Shown here piece by piece: positions 1 to 10,188 of a stretch of 64,000 nucleotides of DNA. The notes beneath the pieces were generated by a model, which saw only the letters and a list, made by a program, of their open reading frames with translations, searched no databases and was not told the DNA's origin. The stretch comes from an uncultured Bacilli bacterium (GTDB taxonomy: Bacteria; Bacillota_I; Bacilli_A; RFN20; DUOF01). The position numbers and the translations under genes were made by a program. Position 1 is the stretch's first letter. Each line of letters begins with the position of its first letter. Location: NCBI GenBank assembly GCA_944363575.1, contig CALVUJ010000022.1, positions 1,518 through 65,517 of the forward strand, given 5' to 3'.

Positions 1-1313
1 ACGCTAAAATATTAACAAAGTTTATAAAAAAAATAATGACAACATTTGAAAAATCACAAATTTTAGAACTATTAGAAACAATAGAAAAAAAGAGTCTTAT
101 TAAGTATGATGAAAATCAAAAAGAAGCAATTATAAATTGTTTAGATAATGGTATATCAATAATTACTGGTGGTCCGGGAACAGGTAAAACCACTATTGTA
201 AAAGCCATAATTCAAATATATCAAGAAATAATTGCAAATAATAAGATATGTATATGTGCTCCTACAGGAAGAGCGAGCAAAAGATTAACGGAAGTTACGG
301 GATTAAAGGCTTCTACTATTCATAGTTTGTTAAAATGGGATTTACAAACAAATACTTTTTCTGTTAATGAAAATAATCCTCTATACGTAGATTTGCTAAT
401 AATAGATGAATTCTCAATGGTGGACAATTATTTGTTTTATCAATTATTAAAAGCTTGTGAACATGTTGGACAAATAATACTCATTGGAGATGAAGATCAA
501 CTCCCTTCGGTAGGACCAGGAAATGTGCTTGGTGATTTAATAAATAGCGGTCTCATAAATGTGGTGAGACTTAATAAAATATATCGTCAAAGTTCTATGT
601 CAAACATTATAAAATTAGCACACCATATAAAAAACAATGAAGATGTAAGTAATGATTTTCAAGAAGATGTAATCTTTTATAGTACAGATAATTATAAAAT
701 AAAACAAAGTGTACTTGAATATATAAAAATAGCTAAAAATAACGGTTATGATAATGATGATATTCAAGTTTTAGCACCAATGTACCAGGGAGTTAATGGA
801 ATTGATAATTTAAATGAATTGCTACAAAATTATTTCAATCCACATGATGAAAATATAAAAGAATTAAAAGTAGGAAGGGTAATTTATCGAGAAAATGATA
901 AAATACTCCAATTAAAGAATCAAAATGAAGATAATGTATTCAATGGAGATATAGGTACACTATTAGAAATAAAGGAAGAAAATAATATTACTAATTCAAA
1001 AATATATGTTGGTTATGATAGTGGTGTTGTCGAATATATAGGAAAAGATTTTATAAATATTACTCATGCTTATTGTATAAGTATTCACAAATCACAAGGT
1101 AATGAATATCCCCTTATTATATTACCAATATGTTTTGCCTACCAACGAATGTTAGTAAAAAACTTGATTTACACGGCAATTACTAGAGCCAAAAGTAAAT
1201 TAATAATTATAGGTGATTACAGAGCATTTTTATATGGTATCAGCAACACTAACTATAAAGTTAGAAAAACAACATTAAAAGAAAAATTATTAAAATATGT
1301 TAATCCATTATAA
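1..1313 (+). CDS. recD2: RecD2-like SF1 ATP-dependent DNA helicase, 5' end outside the window
   Basis: Walker A GGPGTGKTT, DEFSMVD and helicase C motifs. No in-frame stop lies upstream of the first Met, so the ORF probably continues off the window. Confidence 0.8.
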   Translation, partial: AKILTKFIKKIMTTFEKSQILELLETIEKKSLIKYDENQKEAIINCLDNGISIITGGPGTGKTTIVKAIIQIYQEIIANNKICICAPTGRASKRLTEVTGLKASTIHSLLKWDLQTNTFSVNENNPLYVDLLIIDEFSMVDNYLFYQLLKACEHVGQIILIGDEDQLPSVGPGNVLGDLINSGLINVVRLNKIYRQSSMSNIIKLAHHIKNNEDVSNDFQEDVIFYSTDNYKIKQSVLEYIKIAKNNGYDNDDIQVLAPMYQGVNGIDNLNELLQNYFNPHDENIKELKVGRVIYRENDKILQLKNQNEDNVFNGDIGTLLEIKEENNITNSKIYVGYDSGVVEYIGKDFINITHAYCISIHKSQGNEYPLIILPICFAYQRMLVKNLIYTAITRAKSKLIIIGDYRAFLYGISNTNYKVRKTTLKEKLLKYVNPL

Positions 1314-1345
1314 TTAGGAAACAATATTAATAGCGAGGTATCAAT

Positions 1346-2386
1346 ATGCAAAAGCAAGTCACCAATAAAGCTATTAATAAATTAATTTATATAAGTTTAT
1401 TTGTCTTAATATTATGTTTGATATTAGCTGTTTCCAAATATATAGGGTTAAGCTCTTTTTTACTAAAAATATTAAAGACTCTAACGCCTGTTTTCATCGC
1501 TATATTTATCAGTTTTGTGCTCGAGCCAATTATTAGTTTTTTTTCTAAAAAAGGTTTAAAAAGAATGTGTAGTGTCTTTCTAACTTATGGATTAATTATA
1601 ATAATTTTTGGATTATTAATTTATTTTACTATTCCTTCTTTAACAAAACAAGTTGAGATATTTATTAATAAAATACCCTCATTAATTTCTGTAGTTCAGT
1701 CTTTTTTCTCTAAATTAGGCTTTAATTTTGATGATGATAAAACCAATGAGGCAATTAGTAACTTCATTTTGAACTTAATTAATAATATGGCCAGGTATCT
1801 AGGTTCTTCAATTTCAGTAATATTTAATGTCTTGTTAGGAGTTTCAGGTGCTATTTTTTTATCTTTCGATTTTCCTGAATTTAAAAAAGCAATAAAAGAA
1901 AGAATACCTAGTAAAATAAAAGAACCACTTTTATATTATCTTAAACATTTTTTACCATTTATTAATAAATATTTTTATGCCATTCTTTTGGATAGTATTT
2001 TAATATTTTTAATTAGTTACATTGGCTTTATAGTTGTTGGTATTGATTATCCTTTAGTTATATCAATTATTATTGCTATTACCAATTTGATACCGATTAT
2101 AGGTCCATATGTTGGCGGAGTTCCTGCGGCAATAGTAGGTTTTAGTATATCACCTACTTTAGGGATAAGTGCAATTATTGTTGTTGTTATCGTGCAAATT
2201 ATCGAATCTAATTTTATGCAACCATTAATTTTAAAAAATGTTATTTCTTTACATCCGTTAGAAGGAATTCTTGGAATTAGTTTATTTGGGTATTTATTTG
2301 GAATTATGGGAATGATTTTATCACCAATTATAATGGTAGGAATCAAATTATTATTTATTCCTTATAAAAAAGAACAGACAATTTAA
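1346..2386 (+). CDS. AI-2E family (UPF0118) membrane transporter
   Basis: 346 aa with multiple TM segments and a typical AI-2E/PerM layout. It follows recD2, as yrrI does in B. subtilis. Confidence 0.75.
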   Translation: MQKQVTNKAINKLIYISLFVLILCLILAVSKYIGLSSFLLKILKTLTPVFIAIFISFVLEPIISFFSKKGLKRMCSVFLTYGLIIIIFGLLIYFTIPSLTKQVEIFINKIPSLISVVQSFFSKLGFNFDDDKTNEAISNFILNLINNMARYLGSSISVIFNVLLGVSGAIFLSFDFPEFKKAIKERIPSKIKEPLLYYLKHFLPFINKYFYAILLDSILIFLISYIGFIVVGIDYPLVISIIIAITNLIPIIGPYVGGVPAAIVGFSISPTLGISAIIVVVIVQIIESNFMQPLILKNVISLHPLEGILGISLFGYLFGIMGMILSPIIMVGIKLLFIPYKKEQTI

Positions 2387-2467
2387 AATAACAAATTTTT
2401 TTCAACAAATAGTAACTTTTTACTTTAACAAGCATAGTATATGTTGAAAACAAAGGAGGTATTCAAA

Positions 2468-2581
2468 ATGAATAACACAGGTTGCGGATGCCAATCTTAT
2501 GGAGGTTGCTACAATAACGGATTTTTAGTTATCTTAATCCTTTTCATCTTATTAGCAATCCTTGGTAGTTACTTCTTTTAG
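2468..2581 (+). CDS. YjcZ-like small Cys/Gly-rich hydrophobic peptide (37 aa), not on the ORF track
   Basis: Strong RBS aaaggaggt is 7 nt upstream of the ATG. The peptide MNNTGCGCQSYGGCYNNGFLVILILFILLAILGSYFF resembles the sporulation YjcZ family. A hairpin plus T-run terminator follows at about 2607-2640. Confidence 0.55.
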   Translation: MNNTGCGCQSYGGCYNNGFLVILILFILLAILGSYFF

Positions 2582-2606
2582 AGGTTGACTAAACAAACAA
2601 GTTTGA

Positions 2607-2640
2607 TCTAAATAGAAATGGGACTACTATTTAGATTTTA
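2607..2640 (+). terminator. Intrinsic terminator (9-bp stem tctaaatag/ctatttaga then TTTT)
   Basis: Perfect inverted repeat followed by a T-run. It sits between convergent genes. Confidence 0.5.
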
Positions 2641-2648
2641 AAAGGGGT

Positions 2649-4247
2649 TCATTTTATCTTTGAATCCCTTTTTTGATACTCTTTAATTAAAACTTCACTA
2701 CATTTTAATCCATCCAAAGCACTTGTAGTAATTCCAGAAGAATATCCACTCCCTTCACCGATAGGAAAAATATTTTTAATGTTTGCTTCTAGGTTATTAT
2801 CCCGTACGAGTCTAACAGGAGAGGAAGAGCGAGATTCAATAGCCGTTAATACACTATCTTCATCATCAAAACCTTTAATTTTTTTACCAATTTCTTTAAT
2901 TCCTAATTTTAATGTTTTACTTACAAATTCAGGCAAACATTTTTCAATATCAGCAAACTCAACCCCAGGTAAATAACTCGCTTTAACTGATTTAAATTCA
3001 GTAGAAATGGTTCCTTTTAAAAAGTCTTTTAGAAGAGAACATGGAGCTTTATAACTATTTGTTAAATTATAAGCAAGTTTTTCATATTTTTCTTGAAAAT
3101 CAATTCCTGCAAGTGGGTGACTATTTTTGTAATCACTAGGTAAAACGTTAACTAAAAGAGCACTATTAGCATTTATTTCATTTCTAGCATAGTTACTCAT
3201 GCCGTTTGTCACAATTGTTTTAGGTTCACTACTACTAGCTACGACCATCCCGCCAGGACACATACAAAAAGAGTATAATGAACGATTGTTAGGTAGGTGA
3301 ATAGCAATCTTATAGTCTGCATTAGGTAAAGATTTGTGATTATAAAACTTTTCTCCATATTGTGCTTTGTTAATATTTTCTTGTAAATGTTCTATTCTTA
3401 CCCCCATTGAAAAAGGCTTTTGTGCCATTTCAAGACCATTTTCATACAACATTTTAATAGTATCTTTACTACTATGCCCACATGCTAAAATTAATTTATC
3501 GCACTCCCAATTCTCTTTTTTACCATCTTTAATTACTTCAATATTTTCTAAATTATTATTATTTACATTAATGTTATTGAGACGAGTGTTAAAGAAAAAA
3601 GTTCCCCCAAGTTCAATTATTTTTTGTCGCATATTCTTAACAACTTTTCTTAAAACATCTGTGCCAATATGAGGCTTTGATAAATACAAAATATCTTCAC
3701 TAGCTCCAAACTTAATAAAAGTCTCTTTAATAAAATCAATACGTTCATCATTAATATTAGTAGTTAACTTACCATCACTAAAAGTTCCTGCACCACCTTC
3801 ACCAAATTGCAAATTAGATTCAGTATTAAGTTTACCTCCTTTAAAAAACTTTTCTACACTGTTAATCCTATTATCAACATCTTCTCCTCTTTCAATCACT
3901 ATCGGCTTTAATCCAGAAATAGCAAGAGTATAAGCACAAAATAGACCAGCAGGGCCACTACCTACAATAATTATCTTATCATCAGAACTTGCTTTATTTA
4001 TCTTATATTCATATTTAATAAAAGGTTTCACATCTTTATTTTTTTCAATCTTTTTATTTATCCCTTTTTTTACTTCAATAATAAAATGACAAATAAAAAA
4101 AACATCATTTTTATCACGACAATCAATAGCTTTTCTTTTAAACTTATAATATTTAATGCACTCTTCATTAATACGCAATTTCTTAGCAATTGCTTTTTTT
4201 TTTTTTTTTTCATCTAAAGATATTTTAACGTTTTGAACAAGATACAT
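2649..4247 (-). CDS. COG2509-type FAD-dependent dehydrogenase
   Basis: GSGPAGLF FAD-binding motif and 532 aa. Coding-strand codons 13-18 contain an A17 tract. Confidence 0.7.
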   Translation of the reverse strand: MYLVQNVKISLDEKKKKKAIAKKLRINEECIKYYKFKRKAIDCRDKNDVFFICHFIIEVKKGINKKIEKNKDVKPFIKYEYKINKASSDDKIIIVGSGPAGLFCAYTLAISGLKPIVIERGEDVDNRINSVEKFFKGGKLNTESNLQFGEGGAGTFSDGKLTTNINDERIDFIKETFIKFGASEDILYLSKPHIGTDVLRKVVKNMRQKIIELGGTFFFNTRLNNINVNNNNLENIEVIKDGKKENWECDKLILACGHSSKDTIKMLYENGLEMAQKPFSMGVRIEHLQENINKAQYGEKFYNHKSLPNADYKIAIHLPNNRSLYSFCMCPGGMVVASSSEPKTIVTNGMSNYARNEINANSALLVNVLPSDYKNSHPLAGIDFQEKYEKLAYNLTNSYKAPCSLLKDFLKGTISTEFKSVKASYLPGVEFADIEKCLPEFVSKTLKLGIKEIGKKIKGFDDEDSVLTAIESRSSSPVRLVRDNNLEANIKNIFPIGEGSGYSSGITTSALDGLKCSEVLIKEYQKRDSKIK

Positions 4248-4309
4248 TTATATCACCGGTAGTATCATATCACTTAGGGTTAGTTTACGCTATAAAAAGA
4301 GAGTATAAG

Positions 4310-4338
4310 TTGTATTTTAAATAAAGAAAAGGTAAAAT
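4310..4338 (+). promoter_or_regulatory. Putative sigma-A promoter of the suf operon (TTGTAT-17-TAAAAT)
   Basis: -35 element at 4310-4315 and -10 element at 4333-4338. Confidence 0.4.
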
Positions 4339-4362
4339 ATAAAAGTGGATGGAGGCGTTTTA

Positions 4363-5181
4363 ATGTCTAAATTAGTGATAAAAGATTTATATGTAAATGT
4401 TGATGATATAAGTATAATAAATGGTTTAAATTTGGAAATAAATGATGGAGAAGTACATGCTCTTATTGGACCTAATGGGCATGGGAAGTCAACACTACTA
4501 TTTACCATAATGGGACATCCTCGTTATAATGTTGTCAAAGGGAGCATTTATTTTAATGGACAAGATGTTTTAAAAATGACTGTAGATGAAAGAAGCAAAG
4601 CAGGCATGTTTTTAGCGATGCAAAATCCTTTAGAAATTAATGGAGTTTCTACGATTGACTTTTTAAAAAGTGCGTTAAATGCTAGAAGAGATACACCAAT
4701 TAGTTTATACAAGTTTGTAAAAGAATTTGAAAGTTGTTCTAAAGATGTTGGCTTTAATTTAGATATGTCTACAAGAAACTTAAATGAAGGTTTTTCTGGT
4801 GGAGAGAAAAAAAGAAATGAAATACTTCAAATGAAACTCTTAAATCCTTTGTTATCACTAATAGATGAAATAGATTCAGGATTAGATGTCGATGGTCTTG
4901 AAATGGTGGCTAAAGTAATTAACTCTATGATGGATGGTTCTTTTTCTTGCTTAATCATTTCACATTATTCTAAGTTATATAAACTTATTAAACCTACACA
5001 TGTTCATATAATCATAAACGGAAAAATAGTAACTAGTGGGGATTATTCTTTAATTGAAAAAGTAGATAATGAAGGATATAAATGGTTAGAAAAAGAGTTT
5101 AATGTTAGTATAAACAAGCAAGAAAACAAAAGAGTATCTATTGGTACTTGCAATGTAAAGGAAAGTGTTAATAATGGATAA
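4363..5181 (+). CDS. sufC: Fe-S cluster assembly ATPase SufC
   Basis: ABC ATPase motifs GPNGHGKST and FSGGEKKR. Start placed at ATG 4363 after RBS ggatggagg. First gene of the suf operon. Confidence 0.9.
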   Translation: MSKLVIKDLYVNVDDISIINGLNLEINDGEVHALIGPNGHGKSTLLFTIMGHPRYNVVKGSIYFNGQDVLKMTVDERSKAGMFLAMQNPLEINGVSTIDFLKSALNARRDTPISLYKFVKEFESCSKDVGFNLDMSTRNLNEGFSGGEKKRNEILQMKLLNPLLSLIDEIDSGLDVDGLEMVAKVINSMMDGSFSCLIISHYSKLYKLIKPTHVHIIINGKIVTSGDYSLIEKVDNEGYKWLEKEFNVSINKQENKRVSIGTCNVKESVNNG

Positions 5182-5965
5182 AATAATTGTTAGTGATAAC
5201 TCAATTAGTAAAGAATTAACAATTAATAAAGATTGTTATTTACTTATTAATGAAGATGTCCAAACAAAGGAATACAAAATTAATATAATAAATTGTAAGG
5301 CTACTATTATTGATATGTCTAAGACTTTAAAAAAGAATCTTTATTTTGAAAATAGTGAAACTATGGTAATTGAAATAATAAATGAAAAAGAGAGTAGTGA
5401 TTTGTTTATAAATAATGTTAATTCTAAGATTGAGTATAACATTATTGATTTAGAAAATAGTAATCTTAGATATGTTTTAAAAGAAGAGGTAAAAGATGAA
5501 GGAAGTACTGATATTAATATAGCAAGTGTGGGATATAAAAAGAAAAATAAGGAGTATGTTGTTAATACTTCTAATTTAAGCCCTAGAACCACTAATAATA
5601 TAAATTGTTTTGGGATAGTTAAAGATAAAAGTTTAGTTAAATATGATGTGTCTTCTTTTATTAAAAAAGGAGCGAAAGAAGCAATTGTTAAGCAAAATAG
5701 TAATATTCTTTTATTTGATAAAGAATCATGTGGGCAAAATAATCCTATTCTTTTAATAGAAGAAAACGATGTTAAAGCTAATCATGGATCAAGTATTGGG
5801 AAAATAGATGATGATATTGTCTTTTATTTATGTTCAAGGGGTTTAAGTAAGTTAGAAGCTACCAATTTAATATGTTTAGGAAAAGTAGAATATTTGGTTA
5901 ATAAGATAGATGATGAAAGCATTAGAGATTCTTTGATTAATAAGTTCAAGGAAAGGGTGAGTTAA
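5165..5965 (+). CDS. sufD: Fe-S cluster assembly protein SufD
   Basis: Operon position and SufBD-family C-terminus. The true start may be ATG 5174. Confidence 0.8.
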   Translation: MLIMDKIIVSDNSISKELTINKDCYLLINEDVQTKEYKINIINCKATIIDMSKTLKKNLYFENSETMVIEIINEKESSDLFINNVNSKIEYNIIDLENSNLRYVLKEEVKDEGSTDINIASVGYKKKNKEYVVNTSNLSPRTTNNINCFGIVKDKSLVKYDVSSFIKKGAKEAIVKQNSNILLFDKESCGQNNPILLIEENDVKANHGSSIGKIDDDIVFYLCSRGLSKLEATNLICLGKVEYLVNKIDDESIRDSLINKFKERVS

Positions 5966-7174
5966 ATGGAAATTAATAAATACAAAGAAGATTATCCTTT
6001 TTTTAAAAATAATCCAGAAGTTATCTTTTTTGATAATGCTTCTACGGCTTTAAAGCCAAAATGTGTAATTGAAGCGGTAAATCACTATTATAATGATTTG
6101 TGTGTGAATGCTCATAGAGGAGATTATTATTTGTCATATAAAGTAGATGTAGAGATTGAAAAAGTTAGAAAAGATGTGGCGAAGTTTATTGATTGTGAAG
6201 AAAATGAAGTGGCATTTAGTAGTGGGGCTACAGAATCACTTAATTTAATTGCAGAGGGTTATTGTAAGAAAATACTACAAAAAGGTGATGAAATATTGAT
6301 TAGTGAGTTAGAACATGCTTCTAATGTTTTGCCATGGTTTAAAATTGCTAAAGAAACAGGAGCAGTTATTAAGTACGTGCCTTTAGAAAATAAAAGAATA
6401 ACGGTAGAAAATTTTGCTAATGCAATAACTCCTAAAACGAAAGTAGCTAGTTTTGCGTATATTTCAAATGTTTTAGGGTATAAGATAGATGCCAAAAAAA
6501 TGTGTGAAATAGCACATAAACATCATATTATTTTTGTATTAGATGGGGCCCAATCTACGCCTCATATTCCTGTTAGCATGAAAGATTTAGATTGTGATTT
6601 TTATGCTTTTTCAGCACATAAATTAGGGGGACCTACTGGAGTTGGAGTAATGTATGGTAAAGCAAAGTATTTACAAGATTGTGATCCTTTAGTGCTAGGT
6701 GGTGGAATGAATAAAGTAATTGAAAAAGATGGCACTTATACTGTTTATAATTCGGTTAGAAAGTTTGAAGCAGGAACACCACATATTGAAGGAATTTTAG
6801 GATTAGGTGCGATTATTAAGTATATTCAAAAAGTTGGTTTTGCTTACATACAGAAAAAAGAAAAAGAATTAAGAGATAGAGCACTTACTGCTTTGAAAAA
6901 AATGAAACATATAGAAGTGTATAATGAAGATAATGAAGCAAACACGATAGCATTCAATATTAAAGATGTTTTTGCTCAAGATGCTGCAAGTTATTTTGCA
7001 AAATACAATATATGTTTGCGAGCAGGGCAACATTGTGCTAAACTTACTGATGGTGTGATGAATACTTATGCAAGTGTTCGTTGCAGTTTCTACTTTTATA
7101 ATACTATTGAAGAAGTAGATAAGTTTATTGAAGTTGCTAGTAAAGGAAGTGATTTTTTAGATGCCTATTTCTGA
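5966..7174 (+). CDS. sufS: Cysteine desulfurase SufS (PLP-dependent class V aminotransferase)
   Basis: SAHKLGGPTG PLP-lysine motif and operon context. Confidence 0.9.
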   Translation: MEINKYKEDYPFFKNNPEVIFFDNASTALKPKCVIEAVNHYYNDLCVNAHRGDYYLSYKVDVEIEKVRKDVAKFIDCEENEVAFSSGATESLNLIAEGYCKKILQKGDEILISELEHASNVLPWFKIAKETGAVIKYVPLENKRITVENFANAITPKTKVASFAYISNVLGYKIDAKKMCEIAHKHHIIFVLDGAQSTPHIPVSMKDLDCDFYAFSAHKLGGPTGVGVMYGKAKYLQDCDPLVLGGGMNKVIEKDGTYTVYNSVRKFEAGTPHIEGILGLGAIIKYIQKVGFAYIQKKEKELRDRALTALKKMKHIEVYNEDNEANTIAFNIKDVFAQDAASYFAKYNICLRAGQHCAKLTDGVMNTYASVRCSFYFYNTIEEVDKFIEVASKGSDFLDAYF

Positions 7175-7595
7175 TAATCCTAGTTTAATTAGAGAAATAA
7201 TTATGGATCATTACGAATATCCTCGTAATAAAAAATTGAAGGAAGATCAAAGATATGTTAAAGTAAATTTAGATTCGGAATCATGTATTGATAACATTGA
7301 TTTGCAAGTTTTAGTAGAAGATAATATCATTAAAGATATTTGTTTTGATGGGGTAGCATGTGCTATTTCAACAGCTTCCACTTCTATTATGAGTGAGCTA
7401 CTTAAGGGTAAAAAAGTAGAGGAAGCGAAAGTAATTATTGAAAATTATTTGAATATGTTACATGGTGAAGAATATGATGAAGAGTTATTAGGTGAAGCAG
7501 CAGTTTTTGTAAATACATATAAGCAAGCTAATAGAATTAAATGTGCGACTTTGTCTTGGAGTGGTTTAAAAGATATTATTAGTAAAGATAAATAG
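7161..7595 (+). CDS. sufU: Fe-S cluster scaffold/sulfur acceptor SufU
   Basis: IscU/NifU-like with conserved Cys residues. Placed between sufS and sufB as in Bacilli. Confidence 0.85.
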   Translation: MPISDNPSLIREIIMDHYEYPRNKKLKEDQRYVKVNLDSESCIDNIDLQVLVEDNIIKDICFDGVACAISTASTSIMSELLKGKKVEEAKVIIENYLNMLHGEEYDEELLGEAAVFVNTYKQANRIKCATLSWSGLKDIISKDK

Positions 7596-7600
7596 AAAGA

Positions 7601-9007
7601 ATGGGTGAAATAGAAATGGAAAATAAGGAAGAAAATAATTATAAATATGATTTTAAAAACGAAGACATTTCTATTTTTAAGACTAGTAAAGGATTAAATG
7701 AAGAAATAATTAAAGAGATATCTAAACATAAAGGTGAGCCTGAATGGATGTTAGATTATCGTCTTAAAGCATATGAAGAGTTTGTTAAGAAGCCTTTGCC
7801 TAGTTTTGGACCTGATTTAAGTGAAATTGATTTTAATGATTTTACATATTTTATTAAGCCTAGTGAGAAAGTTTCTAATAAATGGGAAGAAGTACCTGAG
7901 TCAATTAAAAATACTTTTAATAAATTAGGTATACAAGAAGCGGAGCAAAAGTATTTATCGGGAGTTTCTACCCAATATGAATCAGAAGTTGTGTATCATT
8001 CAATGCTTAAAGAAGTTGAAGAAAAAGGTATTATCTTTTTAGATACTGATACAGCGTTAAAAAGATATCCTGAATTGTTTAAAAAATATTTTGGAACAGT
8101 AGTGCCGTTTACAGATAATAAATTTGCAGCATTAAATTCAGCAGTTTGGTCTGGTGGCTCTTTTATTTATGTGCCTAAAAACACAAAATTAGAAAAACCT
8201 TTACAGTCTTATTTTAGAATTAATTCTCAGCAAATGGGGCAATTTGAAAGGACTTTAATTATTGTAGATGAAGGCAGTGATGTTCATTATGTAGAGGGAT
8301 GTAGTGCTCCTATTTATTCTAAAGATTCATTACACGCAGCAGTAGTAGAAATCATTGTAGGTAAAAATGCTAAATGTAGGTACTCTACAATTCAGAACTG
8401 GTCTACTAATATTGTTAATTTAGTAACTAAAAGAGCAGTTGTTTTAGAAAATGGTTTGATGGAGTGGATTGATGGTAATATCGGTTCACATATTAATATG
8501 AAATACCCTGCGTGTATTTTAAAAGAAGAAAAAGCTAAAGGTGTATGCATATCGATTGCTGTAGCCTCTTCAAACCAAATTCAAGATGCTGGGGCTAAGA
8601 TGATACATTTAGCACCTTACACTAGTTCGACAATTATTTCAAAGTCTATTGGTAAACAAGGTGGTACTGTTGATTATCGTGGGTTAGTTAAAATAGGAGA
8701 GAAAGCTTATAAATCGCGTAGTAAAGTACAGTGTGATACTTTATTAATTGATGATTTATCTTCAAGTGATACAATCCCTACGAATATTGTTAATAATAAT
8801 AGTTCAATTATTGAACATGAGGCTAGTGTTTCTAAGATAAGTGAAGATGAATTATTTTATTTAATGTCTAGAGGGTTAGATAAAACAAAGGCATCGCAAA
8901 TGATAGTAATGGGCTTTATTGAACCTTTTGCTAAGGAACTTCCGATGGAATATGCAGTAGAGCTTAATAATCTAATTAAGTTAGAAATGGAAGGTAGTAT
9001 AGGATGA
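7601..9007 (+). CDS. sufB: Fe-S cluster assembly protein SufB
   Basis: 468 aa, SufB family, last gene of the operon. Confidence 0.9.
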   Translation: MGEIEMENKEENNYKYDFKNEDISIFKTSKGLNEEIIKEISKHKGEPEWMLDYRLKAYEEFVKKPLPSFGPDLSEIDFNDFTYFIKPSEKVSNKWEEVPESIKNTFNKLGIQEAEQKYLSGVSTQYESEVVYHSMLKEVEEKGIIFLDTDTALKRYPELFKKYFGTVVPFTDNKFAALNSAVWSGGSFIYVPKNTKLEKPLQSYFRINSQQMGQFERTLIIVDEGSDVHYVEGCSAPIYSKDSLHAAVVEIIVGKNAKCRYSTIQNWSTNIVNLVTKRAVVLENGLMEWIDGNIGSHINMKYPACILKEEKAKGVCISIAVASSNQIQDAGAKMIHLAPYTSSTIISKSIGKQGGTVDYRGLVKIGEKAYKSRSKVQCDTLLIDDLSSSDTIPTNIVNNNSSIIEHEASVSKISEDELFYLMSRGLDKTKASQMIVMGFIEPFAKELPMEYAVELNNLIKLEMEGSIG

Positions 9008-10170
9008 ATAATTTAAGAATATTAATGGAGAGTTTGTTTAGTGAAGCAAAAATTATAAGAATGATTTTTTCTAATCAATATGTTAAAAATAAAAATTCTT
9101 TTACTAGAGTAGTGGTAGAGCCGTTTGATTCTAATGATGAGATAAAATATCAGTTTACTTATTATTTTGAAAACAGGGTAGCTCATTCTAATTTAGTTAC
9201 AAATGATGCAATTGATGAATCAATAGCTTTAATTAGCAATATATTTAAGCAAGTTTTGGTTAATACACGAGAAAAAGAGTATCATATTCTTTCTAATAAA
9301 GCGGGGAAAATTAGTATTATTGAAAGAGATTTGCAAGTTGCACATAAAGAGATGAAATTAATGCATAATAGAGAAAAACAATATATTATTAAAGATAATA
9401 CAATAGTTCCTTTTTTAGTAGAATTAGGAGTTATGAATGTTAATGGTAAAGTATTAAATGATAAATATGATAAGTTTAAGCAAATTAATCGTTTTGTAGA
9501 GTTTGTTCAAGATATAATTGATGAATTTGATCAAAACCAAACGATTAATATTATTGATTTTGGTTGTGGGAAATCCTATTTAACATTTGCTATTCACTAT
9601 TATTTAACAGAATTATTAAATTATAAAGTAAATATAGTAGGGCTTGACTTGAAAAAAGATGTTATTAGTAAGTGTAATCAAATAGTTAATAAACATCGTT
9701 TAAAAGGAATACGTTTTCAAGTTGGAGATATTAAAGATTATAAGGAGAGTAAAGTAGATATGGTAGTTACTTTGCATGCTTGTGATACGGCGACTGATTA
9801 TGCGTTATTTAATGCGATTAAATGGAATGCGAAGGTGATACTATCTGTTCCATGTTGTCAACATGAACTTAATAAGCAAATAAAAACAGATAATTTGCAG
9901 GCTTTAACTGATTATGGGATTGTTAAAGAAAGAATATCGGCTTTAATTACAGATGTGACAAGGGCGAAATTATTAGAGTTAAATGGTTATAAAACGCAAC
10001 TATTAGAATTTATTGATATGGAGCATACTCCTAAAAATATTTTAATTAGAGCAGTCAAAAGAGGTAAAAATATTAACTATAAAAAACAAAAAGAAGAGTT
10101 AGATAATCTTAAAAAAGAGTTTAATTATACAATAACATTAGATCGATTATTAAATGAAAAAGATGCTTGA
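9004..10170 (+). CDS. Class I SAM-dependent methyltransferase
   Basis: [13 protein letters not shown]-binding motif I and a DLKKD-like motif II. Confidence 0.6.
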   Translation: MNNLRILMESLFSEAKIIRMIFSNQYVKNKNSFTRVVVEPFDSNDEIKYQFTYYFENRVAHSNLVTNDAIDESIALISNIFKQVLVNTREKEYHILSNKAGKISIIERDLQVAHKEMKLMHNREKQYIIKDNTIVPFLVELGVMNVNGKVLNDKYDKFKQINRFVEFVQDIIDEFDQNQTINIIDFGCGKSYLTFAIHYYLTELLNYKVNIVGLDLKKDVISKCNQIVNKHRLKGIRFQVGDIKDYKESKVDMVVTLHACDTATDYALFNAIKWNAKVILSVPCCQHELNKQIKTDNLQALTDYGIVKERISALITDVTRAKLLELNGYKTQLLEFIDMEHTPKNILIRAVKRGKNINYKKQKEELDNLKKEFNYTITLDRLLNEKDA

Positions 10171-10188
10171 TTGCATCTTTTAATTTAG
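10158..10188. terminator. Bidirectional terminator between convergent genes (agatgc-ttgat-gcatct then TTTT)
   Basis: Inverted repeat overlapping the stop codons of convergent CDSs. Confidence 0.45.

Noticed and set aside
2047-2346. 99-aa antisense ORF inside the AI-2E transporter gene
   Set aside because: Fully embedded antisense to a well-supported CDS. Low-complexity Ile- and Pro-rich translation typical of AT-rich antisense frames.
2779-3672. Two plus-strand ORFs (65 aa, 101 aa) inside the COG2509 gene
   Set aside because: Antisense to a strongly supported CDS, with no RBS or family signal.
4345-4362. Six-codon extension at the 5' end of sufC (MDGGVL)
   Set aside because: It overlaps the RBS ggatggagg. 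ATG 4363 gives the canonical SufC N-terminus.
5341-5592. 83-aa ORF antisense to sufD
   Set aside because: Embedded in the suf operon on the opposite strand. Hydrophobic low-complexity product.
6259-6495. 78-aa ORF antisense to sufS
   Set aside because: Same reasoning: antisense within a conserved gene.
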